Shown here: piece after piece, positions 34,470 through 44,038 of the stretch
Layout: every line of letters begins with the position of its first letter
How positions within the stretch are numbered: position 1 is the stretch's first letter
NCBI GenBank assembly: GCA_964619725.1
Contig: CAZUFC010000041.1
Span: forward strand, 1 to 45,355
Direction: 5' to 3'
Length of the DNA stretch: 45,355 nucleotides
DNA from: an uncultured bacterium
Lineage (GTDB): Bacteria > CSSED10-310 > CAZUFC01
Program-made: the position numbers and the translations under genes
Notes under the pieces: model-generated
The model's input: only the letters and a program-made list of their open reading frames with translations
The model's database searches: none
What the model was told of the DNA's origin: nothing

Positions 34470-35932
34470 CGAATTACGATACGGTAATAGGATTGGAGGT
34501 TCATGCTCAGCTCAGTACGGAGAGCAAGCTTTTCTGCGGTTGCAGGGCTGCATTTGGAGATATGCCGAACAGTAATGTATGCCCGGTTTGCCTGGGGTTG
34601 CCGGGGAGTTTACCCGTATTGAATAAACAGGCGGTTCATTTGGGGATAAAGGCATGCTTGAGCTTGAAATGCAGGATAGAGAATTTTTGTCGATTCGACC
34701 GCAAGAACTATTTTTATCCGGACCTTCCCAAGGGGTATCAGATAACTCAGTATCAAAAACCGTTGGCCCGCGACGGTCAATTAGAGATAGTGAGCAAAGG
34801 CGGAGTTGAGAGGGAGATAAGGATCGAACGGATACACCTGGAAGAGGATGCGGGTAAAACGATCTATGCAGGAGAGAGCGGGAAGAGCAAGGGAGAAGGA
34901 GCGGCGCTGATTGATTTAAACCGGTGCGGGATACCCTTGTTGGAGATCGTTACGAAGCCGGATTTGAGGAGTCCGGAAGAGGCGCGAATTTTTTTAAAGA
35001 AATTGAGGGATATTTTAAATCATATCGGCGTTTGCGAGGGGGATATGGAGAAGGGACACGTCCGCTGTGATGCGAACATATCGATTCGTAGTGAACATTC
35101 CGGTAATATGCAGGGGAGAGCTGAAGTGAAGAATATAAATTCATTTCGATTTCTGGAACAGGCGTTGAGTTATGAGAGGGAAAGGCAGGCGAAGATGAAT
35201 CTATGCGGACAGAGAGTGGAGAATGAGACGCGAAGTTTCAATCAGCATACGGGTAAGACGAGAAGGATGCGAAGCAAAGAGAAGGCGATGGATTACAGAT
35301 ACTTTCCTGATCCTGATCTATTGCCGGTTCGCATTTCGGAAACCTGGATACTGGCTTGCCGTAACGAACTCCCGGAAAGCCGCCGGAAGATGAAACAGAG
35401 ATTAATGCATGATTATGGACTGCCTGCTTATGATGCAGAGATATTGACGAGTTCGCTGAAATTGGCGAAGTATTTTGAGAGAGCAGCGGCAACCGAAGTG
35501 CAACCGAGGCTCCTCTCCAACTGGATAATGACGGAAGTTATGAGAGAAATTAAGGAACGAAACAACAGGATAGAGGAATTTCCAGTTGGGCCGGAAAAAA
35601 TTGGTGAGTTGCTGCTTTTTGTTCAGAAGGGAGACATAAACAGGCAAACCGCCAGGCATATATTCACGGACATGATCCGTACGGGAGGATCGGCAGGGGA
35701 GTTGATCCAGGAAAAGCAGGTTGCGTTGATATCAGATGAGGATCAATTAAGGCGAGCAGCAGTTGAAATAATCGAATCCAGTCCCCGATTGGTTGAGGAA
35801 TACCGTGAAGGCAAGGAAAAGTTGATGGGCTTTTTTATGGGGCAGATGATGAAACGGACGAAAGGGAAGGCCGATCCCCATATTGCATTGAGAATATTAA
35901 AGTTGGAGCTGGAAAAAGAGAATAACGGCTGA
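34466..35932 (+). CDS. gatB: Asp/Glu-tRNA amidotransferase subunit B
   Basis: IGLEVHAQL, RKNYFYPDLPKGYQITQ, HLEEDAGK, EVKNINSF, DYRYFPDPDL. Confidence 0.97.
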   Translation: MTNYDTVIGLEVHAQLSTESKLFCGCRAAFGDMPNSNVCPVCLGLPGSLPVLNKQAVHLGIKACLSLKCRIENFCRFDRKNYFYPDLPKGYQITQYQKPLARDGQLEIVSKGGVEREIRIERIHLEEDAGKTIYAGESGKSKGEGAALIDLNRCGIPLLEIVTKPDLRSPEEARIFLKKLRDILNHIGVCEGDMEKGHVRCDANISIRSEHSGNMQGRAEVKNINSFRFLEQALSYERERQAKMNLCGQRVENETRSFNQHTGKTRRMRSKEKAMDYRYFPDPDLLPVRISETWILACRNELPESRRKMKQRLMHDYGLPAYDAEILTSSLKLAKYFERAAATEVQPRLLSNWIMTEVMREIKERNNRIEEFPVGPEKIGELLLFVQKGDINRQTARHIFTDMIRTGGSAGELIQEKQVALISDEDQLRRAAVEIIESSPRLVEEYREGKEKLMGFFMGQMMKRTKGKADPHIALRILKLELEKENNG

Positions 35933-35961
35933 CTTGTTGAAAAAGCGGCAGATAATAAAAA

Positions 35962-37083
35962 CTATCCTTCGATCATTTCAACGTTGGCTCGTGGAACGAC
36001 GACGCGTTCACCGTTTTCCAGTTCGACTTCCAGTATTCTGGCTTTTGATTCGGATTCTAGTTTCTGCAGTTCCGGCGGAAGTGCAGTGACTTTTCCGAGT
36101 TTTCCGAAGTAGGGTTGGCGAATGATTCTTATGGGATTTCCTATGAGCAAGCTGCTTACTGATTTTTTTTCTTCTTCGATTTTCGTATCCAGTTTCCTGG
36201 GAATGACCGCTTCGGGGCGTATGACGCCGGCCCTGATCTGCGTAGCTCCGTTAATTGAAGCTTCCTGACCTTCATGGTTTTTCAGGAGATCGAAGGTGCG
36301 TCGAGCCATGGGTATTTTGCCGAAGCCTTCAGTAATGATGAGTGTAATACCGAGTTCTTCAGCGCCTGTGATAGCTACTCCGATGTCATAACCCAGGAAG
36401 CTTCTGAGGTCCTGATCATCGAATCCGCCTGCGATAATTCCTCTGGCGCCTTTTTGAATGGCGGTTTTCAGCGCATCAGCAGTAACCCTGCTTCCTCCGA
36501 TAAGAATTTTATCGCGGCAATCATCCGTAATAAGGTCCTTTTCCAGGACGTCCTCGTTGGAATCGCAGACCACCTTTAAAGCGCCGTGAGTTTCTCCTCC
36601 TATTCCAAAAATTCCCTGGACCAGTGAGCCGAAAGTTTCAACGACGACACCCTCTGCAGGAATGACTTCAACCACTTTACCGCGAACATAAGCTTTAACT
36701 TCAACCGGTATGGGGTCGCCTCTAAGGAGGATATTGCCCGTAACGGAAGAAACGTTTTCTATAGAACAGGACTCCGGAGCTTTAAGAACTGATTTGAAGA
36801 GGCCGAAGAAGGATTTATGCATGGCGAAGACAGTGCCGGCGGACATTGTTTCTCCTTTTTTAACCAGGAGAGTCTGTTCGATGTCTTCGGGCGGGACGCC
36901 CAGTCTGTTGGCGGCATTCATTGAGATGACTTTACCGGGTAAATCCGTTCTGGCGACTACGGTATCGGGTTCAACTTCCTGCCCCTTTTCAACGACCACG
37001 TTCCCTTTCAGGGGAAGAATGCGATTTTTCTTTAAAGTTATTGTTTCGGTGACCTTTAAACCGGGAGTATATGCATGAGCCAT
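35962..37083 (-). CDS. Conserved hypothetical partner of the GlmL-like protein (barrel-sandwich-like N-terminus, alpha/beta core, KOW/SH3-like C-terminus)
   Basis: MAHAYTPGLKV, VEKGQEVEPDTVVAR, VQGIFGIGGE, GATQIRAGVIRPE, IRIIRQPYFGKLGKV. Confidence 0.8.
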   Translation of the reverse strand: MAHAYTPGLKVTETITLKKNRILPLKGNVVVEKGQEVEPDTVVARTDLPGKVISMNAANRLGVPPEDIEQTLLVKKGETMSAGTVFAMHKSFFGLFKSVLKAPESCSIENVSSVTGNILLRGDPIPVEVKAYVRGKVVEVIPAEGVVVETFGSLVQGIFGIGGETHGALKVVCDSNEDVLEKDLITDDCRDKILIGGSRVTADALKTAIQKGARGIIAGGFDDQDLRSFLGYDIGVAITGAEELGITLIITEGFGKIPMARRTFDLLKNHEGQEASINGATQIRAGVIRPEAVIPRKLDTKIEEEKKSVSSLLIGNPIRIIRQPYFGKLGKVTALPPELQKLESESKARILEVELENGERVVVPRANVEMIEG

Positions 37084-37113
37084 TTTAGATATCCTTTCGT
37101 TTGAAGAGCGGTC

Positions 37114-38946
37114 TTATTCTTTTGCCGTTTGCAGCAAGGCCGATTCAGCGTAAACATGCATCGTCTGCATCCATTCAACGAGTTTTGAAACTCTGCCATT
37201 ACGGTCTTCCGGGAGGTAGAGCGGTCGGCCGCGACCGTCCAGCAAAAGCCCTACGACCCCGCCTTCGACTTCAACCGTCCCGTCGGTTCCTTTTCCAAAT
37301 CCGATGTCGACGCTTCTGGCCGGTTTTAAAACGGCTGTCGCCTTTTCATCCACGCCCAATTCAAACAATTTGATTTCGCCGAATTTCAACGAGCCGGTTT
37401 CTTGACGATTGCCGGGAAACGTCAGTTCAAACTGCAGGCATTCCTTATCAGGTTTTACCTTACCTACGGGCGCTATGCAGGTTCCTAAATGAATAAGACA
37501 ATCTTTTACGAAAACGTCTGTTGCGGCTTTCCGATGAATTTCCGTCAAAACGCCTAACTGGGGCATCATAAATATCGAATCGACGGCCAGCCGAGTGATG
37601 CCTTCAGGCTGAAAGGCATCCATCATCATCATGGCCGCCTGATTTCGGCGGGGAGCATGAGACAGAACTCCGCCGGAACCGACCAGGAGGTCAAGCGAGA
37701 GCATATCCACAATAGTGTCTTCCGAGCCGGTCTGTTCGAAGGCATCAGCGATAGACCTTCTTTTTTGAACGCCCTTGAGAAGCGTTGCAAAGGATTTGTG
37801 CTGCTCGAAAGCCAGGCGCAGCGCCTCTTTTGCCAGGGCCTGCTCGAAGATGAGTTCTTCCAGGCTTTGAGGAATCGTCGTAGGCCGTATCATTTTATTC
37901 TTGATACGATTTCTCAAATCCCTCTCTTCCATGTCAAAGGGCACCCAGCGCATAACGTTGTCCAGACCAGCCTCAGCAAAAACATTCGATATGGAATAAC
38001 TCATTCCAAGATTGGCGCTTACTGTACGATTAAACGATTTCTGAAACACGGAAAAGATGTCCGTGGTAGCGCCTCCGATATCAACGCCGACAACCTCTAT
38101 TTCATTAATGTCGGCGATGGCCTGAATTATGGCGCCGACGGCTCCCGGCGTCGGCATGATAGGTGCGTCCGTCCAGGACATCAGCGTTTTGTATCCCGGC
38201 GCCTGGGCCATGACATGCTCCATAAAAAGATCGTGGATTTTTTCTCTCGCCGGCTGAAGGTTTTCTTTCTCCAAAGTGGGCCGCAGATTATCCACGATCA
38301 CCAGGTCCGTTTTTTCGCTGAGGTTCTCTTGAACGATCTCACGGGCTTTATTGTTTCCGGCGTAAATAACGGGCAAATTGTAACCGATGCCGAGCCTGGG
38401 TTTTGGATCGGCTGCTGAGATAAGTTCCGCTAATTCGGCAACGTGCGTCGTGGTTCCGCCGTCCGTTCCTCCGGACAAAAGTATCATATCCGGACGAAGA
38501 TGACGAATGCGTTCGATCTGTTCATGAGGTAATCGCTTATCGTTTGATGCGATAACGTCCATAACGATTGCGCCCGCTCCCAGAGCCGCTCTTTCCGCGC
38601 TTTCAGCCGTCATAGTTCTTACGACTCCAGCTACCATCATCTGCAAACCGCCGCCGGCGGACGACGTGGACAGATAAATGTCGGTTCCCGTTTTACCCTT
38701 AGCCGGCCGTATTATCTGATGATTCTCATCAAGCAGTTTTCGACCTGAAAGTTCTTCCACTTCGCCTACCGCATTCAATACGCCCTTCGTAACGTCTTCA
38801 AAAGGCGCCTCGACGGTCGTCGGCGCCTCGCCTCTCGTTATTAAACGATAAACATCGCCCTGTTTCTCAATTAAAATAGCTTTCGTCGTGGTGCTCCCAC
38901 AATCCGTTGCTAATATAACCTCGATCTCATCCAAGTTTTTCGCCAT
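37114..38946 (-). CDS. GlmL/MutL-like (glutamate mutase L family) ASKHA ATPase
   Basis: TDCGSTTTKA, SSAGGGL, AERAALGAGA, LLSGGTDGG, MPTPGAV, VDIGGATTD, GSGGVLSHA. Confidence 0.88.
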   Translation of the reverse strand: MAKNLDEIEVILATDCGSTTTKAILIEKQGDVYRLITRGEAPTTVEAPFEDVTKGVLNAVGEVEELSGRKLLDENHQIIRPAKGKTGTDIYLSTSSAGGGLQMMVAGVVRTMTAESAERAALGAGAIVMDVIASNDKRLPHEQIERIRHLRPDMILLSGGTDGGTTTHVAELAELISAADPKPRLGIGYNLPVIYAGNNKAREIVQENLSEKTDLVIVDNLRPTLEKENLQPAREKIHDLFMEHVMAQAPGYKTLMSWTDAPIMPTPGAVGAIIQAIADINEIEVVGVDIGGATTDIFSVFQKSFNRTVSANLGMSYSISNVFAEAGLDNVMRWVPFDMEERDLRNRIKNKMIRPTTIPQSLEELIFEQALAKEALRLAFEQHKSFATLLKGVQKRRSIADAFEQTGSEDTIVDMLSLDLLVGSGGVLSHAPRRNQAAMMMMDAFQPEGITRLAVDSIFMMPQLGVLTEIHRKAATDVFVKDCLIHLGTCIAPVGKVKPDKECLQFELTFPGNRQETGSLKFGEIKLFELGVDEKATAVLKPARSVDIGFGKGTDGTVEVEGGVVGLLLDGRGRPLYLPEDRNGRVSKLVEWMQTMHVYAESALLQTAKE

Positions 38947-38948
38947 TT

Positions 38949-39368
38949 TTACTCCTCCGCCGGTATGCTACTCTTTTGCGAGTTTAATGTTTTACTCTCT
39001 TTTTTCTTTGCTTGCTCCTCAGCTTCGAATTTCTCTATCCGTCGTACGAGAAACTCTATCGTTCCCCGGCGTTCAAGCATTTGTTGAAATGTCTCATATT
39101 GCTTCCAATTTAAAAAACTCTGCACGTATGGTTGAAAAAAAGCCAGAACGTTCGCTCCCAATACGTTCAAAGGTTTGACGCTCTCCAAAAACATAACCGT
39201 CGGAATCGTCAGACTCTTGCTCACTATCTTTCTCGCCAGTTTGTCGATGATCGCCAGCTCTTCCTCGTTCAGAGCCTCTTCCTTCAAATCATTATCCGAT
39301 GACTCATCTTCAACGGCAAAAGCGTTTTTAATGCCCGACTTCAAACGATTCCATCCGCTCTTGGACAA
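38949..39368 (-). CDS. Conserved hypothetical protein
   Basis: GGAGGT RBS, TTG start; DKLARKIV...MFLESVKPL; ends 2 nt before the GlmL-like gene. Confidence 0.75.
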   Translation of the reverse strand: MSKSGWNRLKSGIKNAFAVEDESSDNDLKEEALNEEELAIIDKLARKIVSKSLTIPTVMFLESVKPLNVLGANVLAFFQPYVQSFLNWKQYETFQQMLERRGTIEFLVRRIEKFEAEEQAKKKESKTLNSQKSSIPAEE

Positions 39369-39855
39369 AATTTGTTACCTCCTCACGATTGCCTTCATAT
39401 CGCAAATAAATTCCCCGATATGTATCCAGAAATGAAGGCTTACTGAAAGGACTCAGCAAAATCCCGTTATGATCGACGTAGTAACTGCGAAAATCTTTCC
39501 AGGGTCGAGTTACATTATAGAACAATATCCTTTTTATCACTCGATCTTCTGTCAGCAAATAGCCCGTCGGCAAAAAAAAAGAACTCAGCGATCCTCCTAA
39601 AAATACCAGGGAAACTATAAGCCACCAGGCGCTTTTTGTCCACCAAAATACGACCCCACAGGCCATTATGATTACTCCAGTCGCCAATACCGTCTTCTTC
39701 AAAGACCGTGCTGCAGGAAAAGAGACCCACCTGATGCGCTTGTCGCTTCCATTTGTGCCGGTCCCTTTGTCGACGTCCGCTAAAGAACCCTCCTTATGCG
39801 AGAACTCCCCCACAGCAGATGATTCCCCATTCCCTTCATCGTTTTTCCTTATCAT
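39328..39855 (-). CDS. Two-TM membrane protein with a bacterial PH-like C-terminal domain
   Basis: Hydrophobic hairpin, then FFLPTGYLLTEDRV...RPWKDFRSY...GILLSPF. Confidence 0.7.
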   Translation of the reverse strand: MIRKNDEGNGESSAVGEFSHKEGSLADVDKGTGTNGSDKRIRWVSFPAARSLKKTVLATGVIIMACGVVFWWTKSAWWLIVSLVFLGGSLSSFFLPTGYLLTEDRVIKRILFYNVTRPWKDFRSYYVDHNGILLSPFSKPSFLDTYRGIYLRYEGNREEVTNFVQERMESFEVGH

Positions 39856-40114
39856 CTCCCCTGAACCTTTTCCTCATCTCCATCTGGCCGTCTCGAATCC
39901 GCTTCAATTCCGCAACATATTCCTCCTCGGTGATAATTCCTTTCCTGATCAAAATATTAACGACGGCCTTTTGAGAAAAATTATTCGACAGACACAACTG
40001 ATTGTAACTGATATTCTGCACTTTGTCGCCGACTATCATCTGAACCGCAGTATCCTCCGAATCGCTTCCCTTTCGACGCTTCCTGAAAATCGACAAAATC
40101 TGCTCCTTTCCCAA
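39836..40114 (-). CDS. Small hypothetical protein, first gene of the GlmL-like operon
   Basis: AVVNILIRKGIITEEEY helical motif; overlaps the next gene; start uncertain. Confidence 0.65.
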   Translation of the reverse strand: MGKEQILSIFRKRRKGSDSEDTAVQMIVGDKVQNISYNQLCLSNNFSQKAVVNILIRKGIITEEEYVAELKRIRDGQMEMRKRFRGDDKEKR

Positions 40115-40152
40115 AAATCATACACCTGAAAATAAAGGCGCCAAGTTAAGTT

Positions 40153-40213
40153 AATTTAAAAGAAAAATTCGAAATTGTCAATGTTTGACAGCTTTTCCTC
40201 TCTTTAATAAAGT
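40153..40213. promoter_or_regulatory. Back-to-back divergent sigma70 promoters
   Basis: TGTCAA-TGT-TTGACA at 40176-40190; plus strand TTGACA-17-TAAAGT; minus strand TTGACA-17-TAAATT. Confidence 0.65.
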
Positions 40214-40247
40214 GTCTGATGATGAAATATTTGAAAAGGAGAAAACA

Positions 40248-40571
40248 ATGGCTGACTCACCGAAAAAATCATCTCAGGCACAAAATGTACAAATGTCCTT
40301 CAAAATCGATCCTGATAAAGAGGGCGGCAGTTATTGCAATTCATGTAATCTCTTCAACACCCGAAACGAATTCATTATTGATTTCTGCATGAATATTCCC
40401 GGCGCGAAATACATAAAAATAATTTCCAGGATCATCACATCCCCTGTAGTGGCCAAAAGCATAGCCCAGATGTTGAGCAACAGCGTGCGAAAATACGAAC
40501 AGAGGTTCGGAGAAATAGAAATGCCCTCGCCAAGCGTGCCGGTCAACAAGAAACCCAAGTTTATGAATTGA
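40248..40571 (+). CDS. DUF3467-family protein
   Basis: AAGGAG RBS; GSYCN...EFIIDF...SRIITSPVVAK...YEQRFGEI. Confidence 0.85.
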   Translation: MADSPKKSSQAQNVQMSFKIDPDKEGGSYCNSCNLFNTRNEFIIDFCMNIPGAKYIKIISRIITSPVVAKSIAQMLSNSVRKYEQRFGEIEMPSPSVPVNKKPKFMN

Positions 40572-40666
40572 GCGTCCGGTGAATTTTGGCGGATTATCTC
40601 ACTGGATATCCGTAAGGGCGATCGGGAAATTATTTTTTTATTCCATAAAGGTGCGGGTCCGACGAT

Positions 40667-40708
40667 TGTCCCGGCTGAACAGAGGTGAACACTTCTGTCC
40701 GCGGGACA
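40667..40708. repeat. Long hairpin between convergent genes
   Basis: TGTCCCG...ACAGAGGTG-AA-CACTTCTGT...CGGGACA. Confidence 0.55.
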
Positions 40709-40765
40709 TGATTTCGATTCTGCTGCATTTAAAAGGTAAGACTGGCGACGGCCCACGGATATTTT

Positions 40766-41632
40766 TTATTTTTTGTTCAGATATTTATCGAGGAACAAAG
40801 CATATTTTCTTTCAGACTCGACCGGAATCAACGAAAGGTCTGTGAGGACGGCGTTTTCCAGGGCGTTCTGACAAGCGCATTCTGCCGGAAGTTCTTTTAT
40901 AAGGGGAACGGAGGCGGACAGGAGATTTTTGACGTTTTCGACGTTTTTTGCGAGATTCTCCAATATCATTTCAATATCAACGGTTTCAGATGTGTGCCAT
41001 ACGTCATAATCAGTGACCATGCACGCCGTTGCGTAGCATATTTCAGCTTCACGGGCCAATTTGGCTTCCGGCAAACATGTCATTCCGATTACAGAAGCTC
41101 CCCAACTTCTGTGAAGAGCGGATTCGGCTTTAGTGGAAAAAAGCGGTCCTTCCATGCACACGTATGTTCCGCCGTAATGCACCGGTAATCCGATTTCGAC
41201 GCTTTTTTTATGAAGCAAAGTCGATAATTCACTGCAGAAAGGGTCTGAAAAAACAGCATGCACTGCTATGTCATCGAAAAAAGTATTGACTCTTGATTTC
41301 GTTTTATCAATCACCTGATCGGGAAACAAAATCTCTCCCGGCTTAACTTCCAGTTTTAAACTTCCCACGGCGCTGATTGATATCAAATGTTTGACTCCCA
41401 GTTTTTTCATCGCATATATGTTCGCCCGGACTGGAACCGTCGTAGGGTTGTGACGATGTCCTTTTCCGTGCCGGGGCAAAAACAGCGCTCGCGTTCCTTC
41501 TATCTCAACAAGAGATAATTTGTCCGACGGCGTTCCGAAGGGGGTGCTCACTTCAAATTCTGCCAATACTTCGATGCCGCTCACCTGGTATAATCCGCTT
41601 CCTCCTATGATTCCAATTGCAGCCTTTTCCAT
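40766..41632 (-). CDS. mtnP: S-methyl-5'-thioadenosine phosphorylase
   Basis: IGIIGGSG, TPFG, RHG, SAVGSL, EGPLFSTKAES, GMT, VTDYD; AGGAGG RBS. Confidence 0.95.
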   Translation of the reverse strand: MEKAAIGIIGGSGLYQVSGIEVLAEFEVSTPFGTPSDKLSLVEIEGTRALFLPRHGKGHRHNPTTVPVRANIYAMKKLGVKHLISISAVGSLKLEVKPGEILFPDQVIDKTKSRVNTFFDDIAVHAVFSDPFCSELSTLLHKKSVEIGLPVHYGGTYVCMEGPLFSTKAESALHRSWGASVIGMTCLPEAKLAREAEICYATACMVTDYDVWHTSETVDIEMILENLAKNVENVKNLLSASVPLIKELPAECACQNALENAVLTDLSLIPVESERKYALFLDKYLNKK

Positions 41633-41691
41633 TTGCGCCTCCTGCTGATAAATTTTCAAACATTTAACGGTTCAACGATTAAGGTCTGAAT

Positions 41692-41720
41692 AAAGTAGCA
41701 GATAATATGACTGTCGTCAA
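41692..41720 (-). promoter_or_regulatory. Putative sigma70 promoter for mtnP
   Basis: TTGACG-17 nt-TACTTT with an extended TG. Confidence 0.5.
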
Positions 41721-42041
41721 TTCGGACACTCGCTCCGACCACAAGTCCGAATAAGGACGTTCGCAAAAAGAAGCTGAAAAAAAGCACATCTTAAGAGAGC
41801 AAAAAAAATAACTTTTAAACTCAATCGATTACACCGTTGACCAGGGATATGCAATTATGGTGATTAATTCCCAGGATGATTCAATTTGTAACATCAGCCG
41901 GCTGAAAAATTTTTTCAATTTGAAATTTTTTCTTTTACATTTTTCATCAGTTGACTTACAATTTAAGTGGAAAGCCGCGTTGGGAAGAAGTGGCACAGTA
42001 ATTGCTTCATCGAAAGCGCGTGCTCGGTGAGGGGATACTAT

Positions 42042-43589
42042 ATGGGTAAAGAGAAGTCTTCCAATTTTTGCGACAAGTTTGCGGAAGACAAAAATACTGA
42101 GAAGTCTTCTAAGGCTCGGAACAAAAAGAGCAAAGTAAAGAACAAGAGTAAGAGCAAGAAGCGGAGCAAGGGCGAAGACAGAGATATTGTGACCGTATAT
42201 TTCGACGAGATGGGCACGATAGAAACTCTGAATCGCGAAGCGGAAGTCAAGCTGGCGAAAGAGATTGAGAGCGCTGAAGAAGAGGTATACGAGCATCTGG
42301 CTTGTATCCCTTGTATCTCCAATATTTTTTGGAAAGTTTTCACTTTCTGTAAACTAGGAAGATTCAGTTCTTTCGATCTGGAGATGTCCGACGGTTCTTC
42401 GGACAAGGGAGAAGATGCCGGAGAAGCTGAGGATGAAGAGGAGACTTGCAAGTTCAGAGAAGCTTTTGAATATTTGAAGAAGGTCGAGCGTGAGGAGGAA
42501 CGGATATCGAACTACAGGTCTAAGGTTCCGACGGATAAAAAGATGGAGCTTCAGCTTCATAAGAGGATAGAGTGCAGTCGAGTGAAGAAGCGGGATTTGT
42601 TGAGTTCTATTCCGATGAAGGAAGATACCTTCCAGATGATTCTGGATCACATCGAGAATCTTGTGAAACGAATAGAGGTGCGGACGAAGAGGACGGATAA
42701 CCAGGAGGGATTTGAAGAGGTTGATTTAGAGAGTTTAATAATAGACGAGCGTTCCCAGAGTCATGTACATGAATTGCTTTTAGTGAAAGACCGAAAGGAT
42801 TTCAGTACGAAGGAATTTCTTGATGTGTGGAAAAACGTTCGGAGATCGAGGAAGCGTATACAGACAAAAAAGAATCGTCTGATTGAAGCGAATCTGCGAC
42901 TGGTGGTCAGCATCGCCAAGAAGTACATTAATCGGGGGCTTCCATTTGCTGATCTTTTACAGGAAGGAAATCTCGGGTTAATGAAGGCTGTCGACAAGTT
43001 CGACTACACAAAGGGGTATAGATTTTCGACGTATGCCACATGGTGGATTCAGCAATCCATTATTCGCGCGATCGCAGAGCAGGGCAGAACGATACGAATA
43101 CCTTTATACGTATCGGAAACCCTGATCAAACTGAATAAACTCTCACAAATGATGCTGCAGGAATTCCGCCGGGAGCCTTCTCTGGAGGAACTGGCTTCCA
43201 TGTGTAATAAAACCGTCAGACACTTGACCTTGTTTTTCAACACGGTAAAAACGCCTTACTCTCTGGAGGGGACCATAGGTCAGGATGAGGATTCGCAATT
43301 GAACGAACTGATTGCGGATAAAGATGCGGAATCGCCTTTCGCTGTTATGGAGCTGATAAATCTGCGAGAAGGGATACTAAGAATTCTGGACGGTTTATCA
43401 GAACGAGAAAAGACAGTCATTCAGATGAGATTCGGAATCGGATATCAGAAGGAATACACATTGGAAGAAATCGGCAAGCTTCTGGGCTTGACCAGAGAGA
43501 GAATACGGCAAATAGAGCAGGCTGCCCTGAAAAAAATGAAGGTATTTGCCGAGACGGAAGAGTTGCAGGCATTCCGCAGCAAAAGCTGA
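42042..43589 (+). CDS. RNA polymerase sigma-70 factor, RpoD/SigA-like paralogue
   Basis: Region 1.2 [11 protein letters not shown]...[10 protein letters not shown]; region 2 [36 protein letters not shown]; region 4 TLEEIG...TRERIRQIE; start uncertain. Confidence 0.92.
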   Translation: MGKEKSSNFCDKFAEDKNTEKSSKARNKKSKVKNKSKSKKRSKGEDRDIVTVYFDEMGTIETLNREAEVKLAKEIESAEEEVYEHLACIPCISNIFWKVFTFCKLGRFSSFDLEMSDGSSDKGEDAGEAEDEEETCKFREAFEYLKKVEREEERISNYRSKVPTDKKMELQLHKRIECSRVKKRDLLSSIPMKEDTFQMILDHIENLVKRIEVRTKRTDNQEGFEEVDLESLIIDERSQSHVHELLLVKDRKDFSTKEFLDVWKNVRRSRKRIQTKKNRLIEANLRLVVSIAKKYINRGLPFADLLQEGNLGLMKAVDKFDYTKGYRFSTYATWWIQQSIIRAIAEQGRTIRIPLYVSETLIKLNKLSQMMLQEFRREPSLEELASMCNKTVRHLTLFFNTVKTPYSLEGTIGQDEDSQLNELIADKDAESPFAVMELINLREGILRILDGLSEREKTVIQMRFGIGYQKEYTLEEIGKLLGLTRERIRQIEQAALKKMKVFAETEELQAFRSKS

Positions 43590-43713
43590 CAGCTTTGTCG
43601 ACAAGATCGAAAAGTATTGATGCGCCCGGCATCAATAGGCCGGTCGGGATTACATGATTCTGCGGGATTGTCAGACTTCGACTCGCCGCCTTCCTTTGCC
43701 TTAGCAAAATTCC

Positions 43714-43956
43714 GGACTGATCAAAACGGGGTTACACTTCCTGAAAACTTTTGACAGTTTGTTTCAGTAATCGGGGACGGTATCGGGACAGAAATCGTAA
43801 TCAAAACAAAATGGGGAAATTCGGAATAATTGTAACTTCAAAAGTCCCGGATTTTTGGAAAAGACGGCGAAGATTCCGCAACTACGGATAGCACTGATTC
43901 TCACGGATCAAAGAAGAATTGATTCGTAAAAAATGTAACCCCAGTTTGATCGGTCC
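43714..43956. mobile_element. MITE-like element (family A), 243 bp, with 23-bp terminal inverted repeats
   Basis: GGACTGATCAAAACGGGGTTACA ... TGTAACCCCAGTTTGATCGGTCC (20/23 complementary); no transposase ORF. Confidence 0.8.
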
Positions 43957-43957
43957 C

Positions 43958-43993
43958 AAGAAAAGAAAAGGACCGGCGACTAATCGCCGATCC
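43958..43993 (-). terminator. Rho-independent terminator of the 44039-45289 gene
   Basis: Minus strand GGATCGGCGA-TTAG-TCGCCGGTCC-TTTTCTTTTCTT. Confidence 0.8.
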
Positions 43994-44038
43994 TTGAATT
44001 TACAAACGGAAGGATATTTCCCTCTCTAACCGATCAGT

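Noticed and set aside
37114-38946. Calling this gene mismatch-repair mutL or a glutamate mutase
   Set aside because: It has ASKHA, not GHKL, motifs and no B12-binding DxHxxG; only the name is shared.
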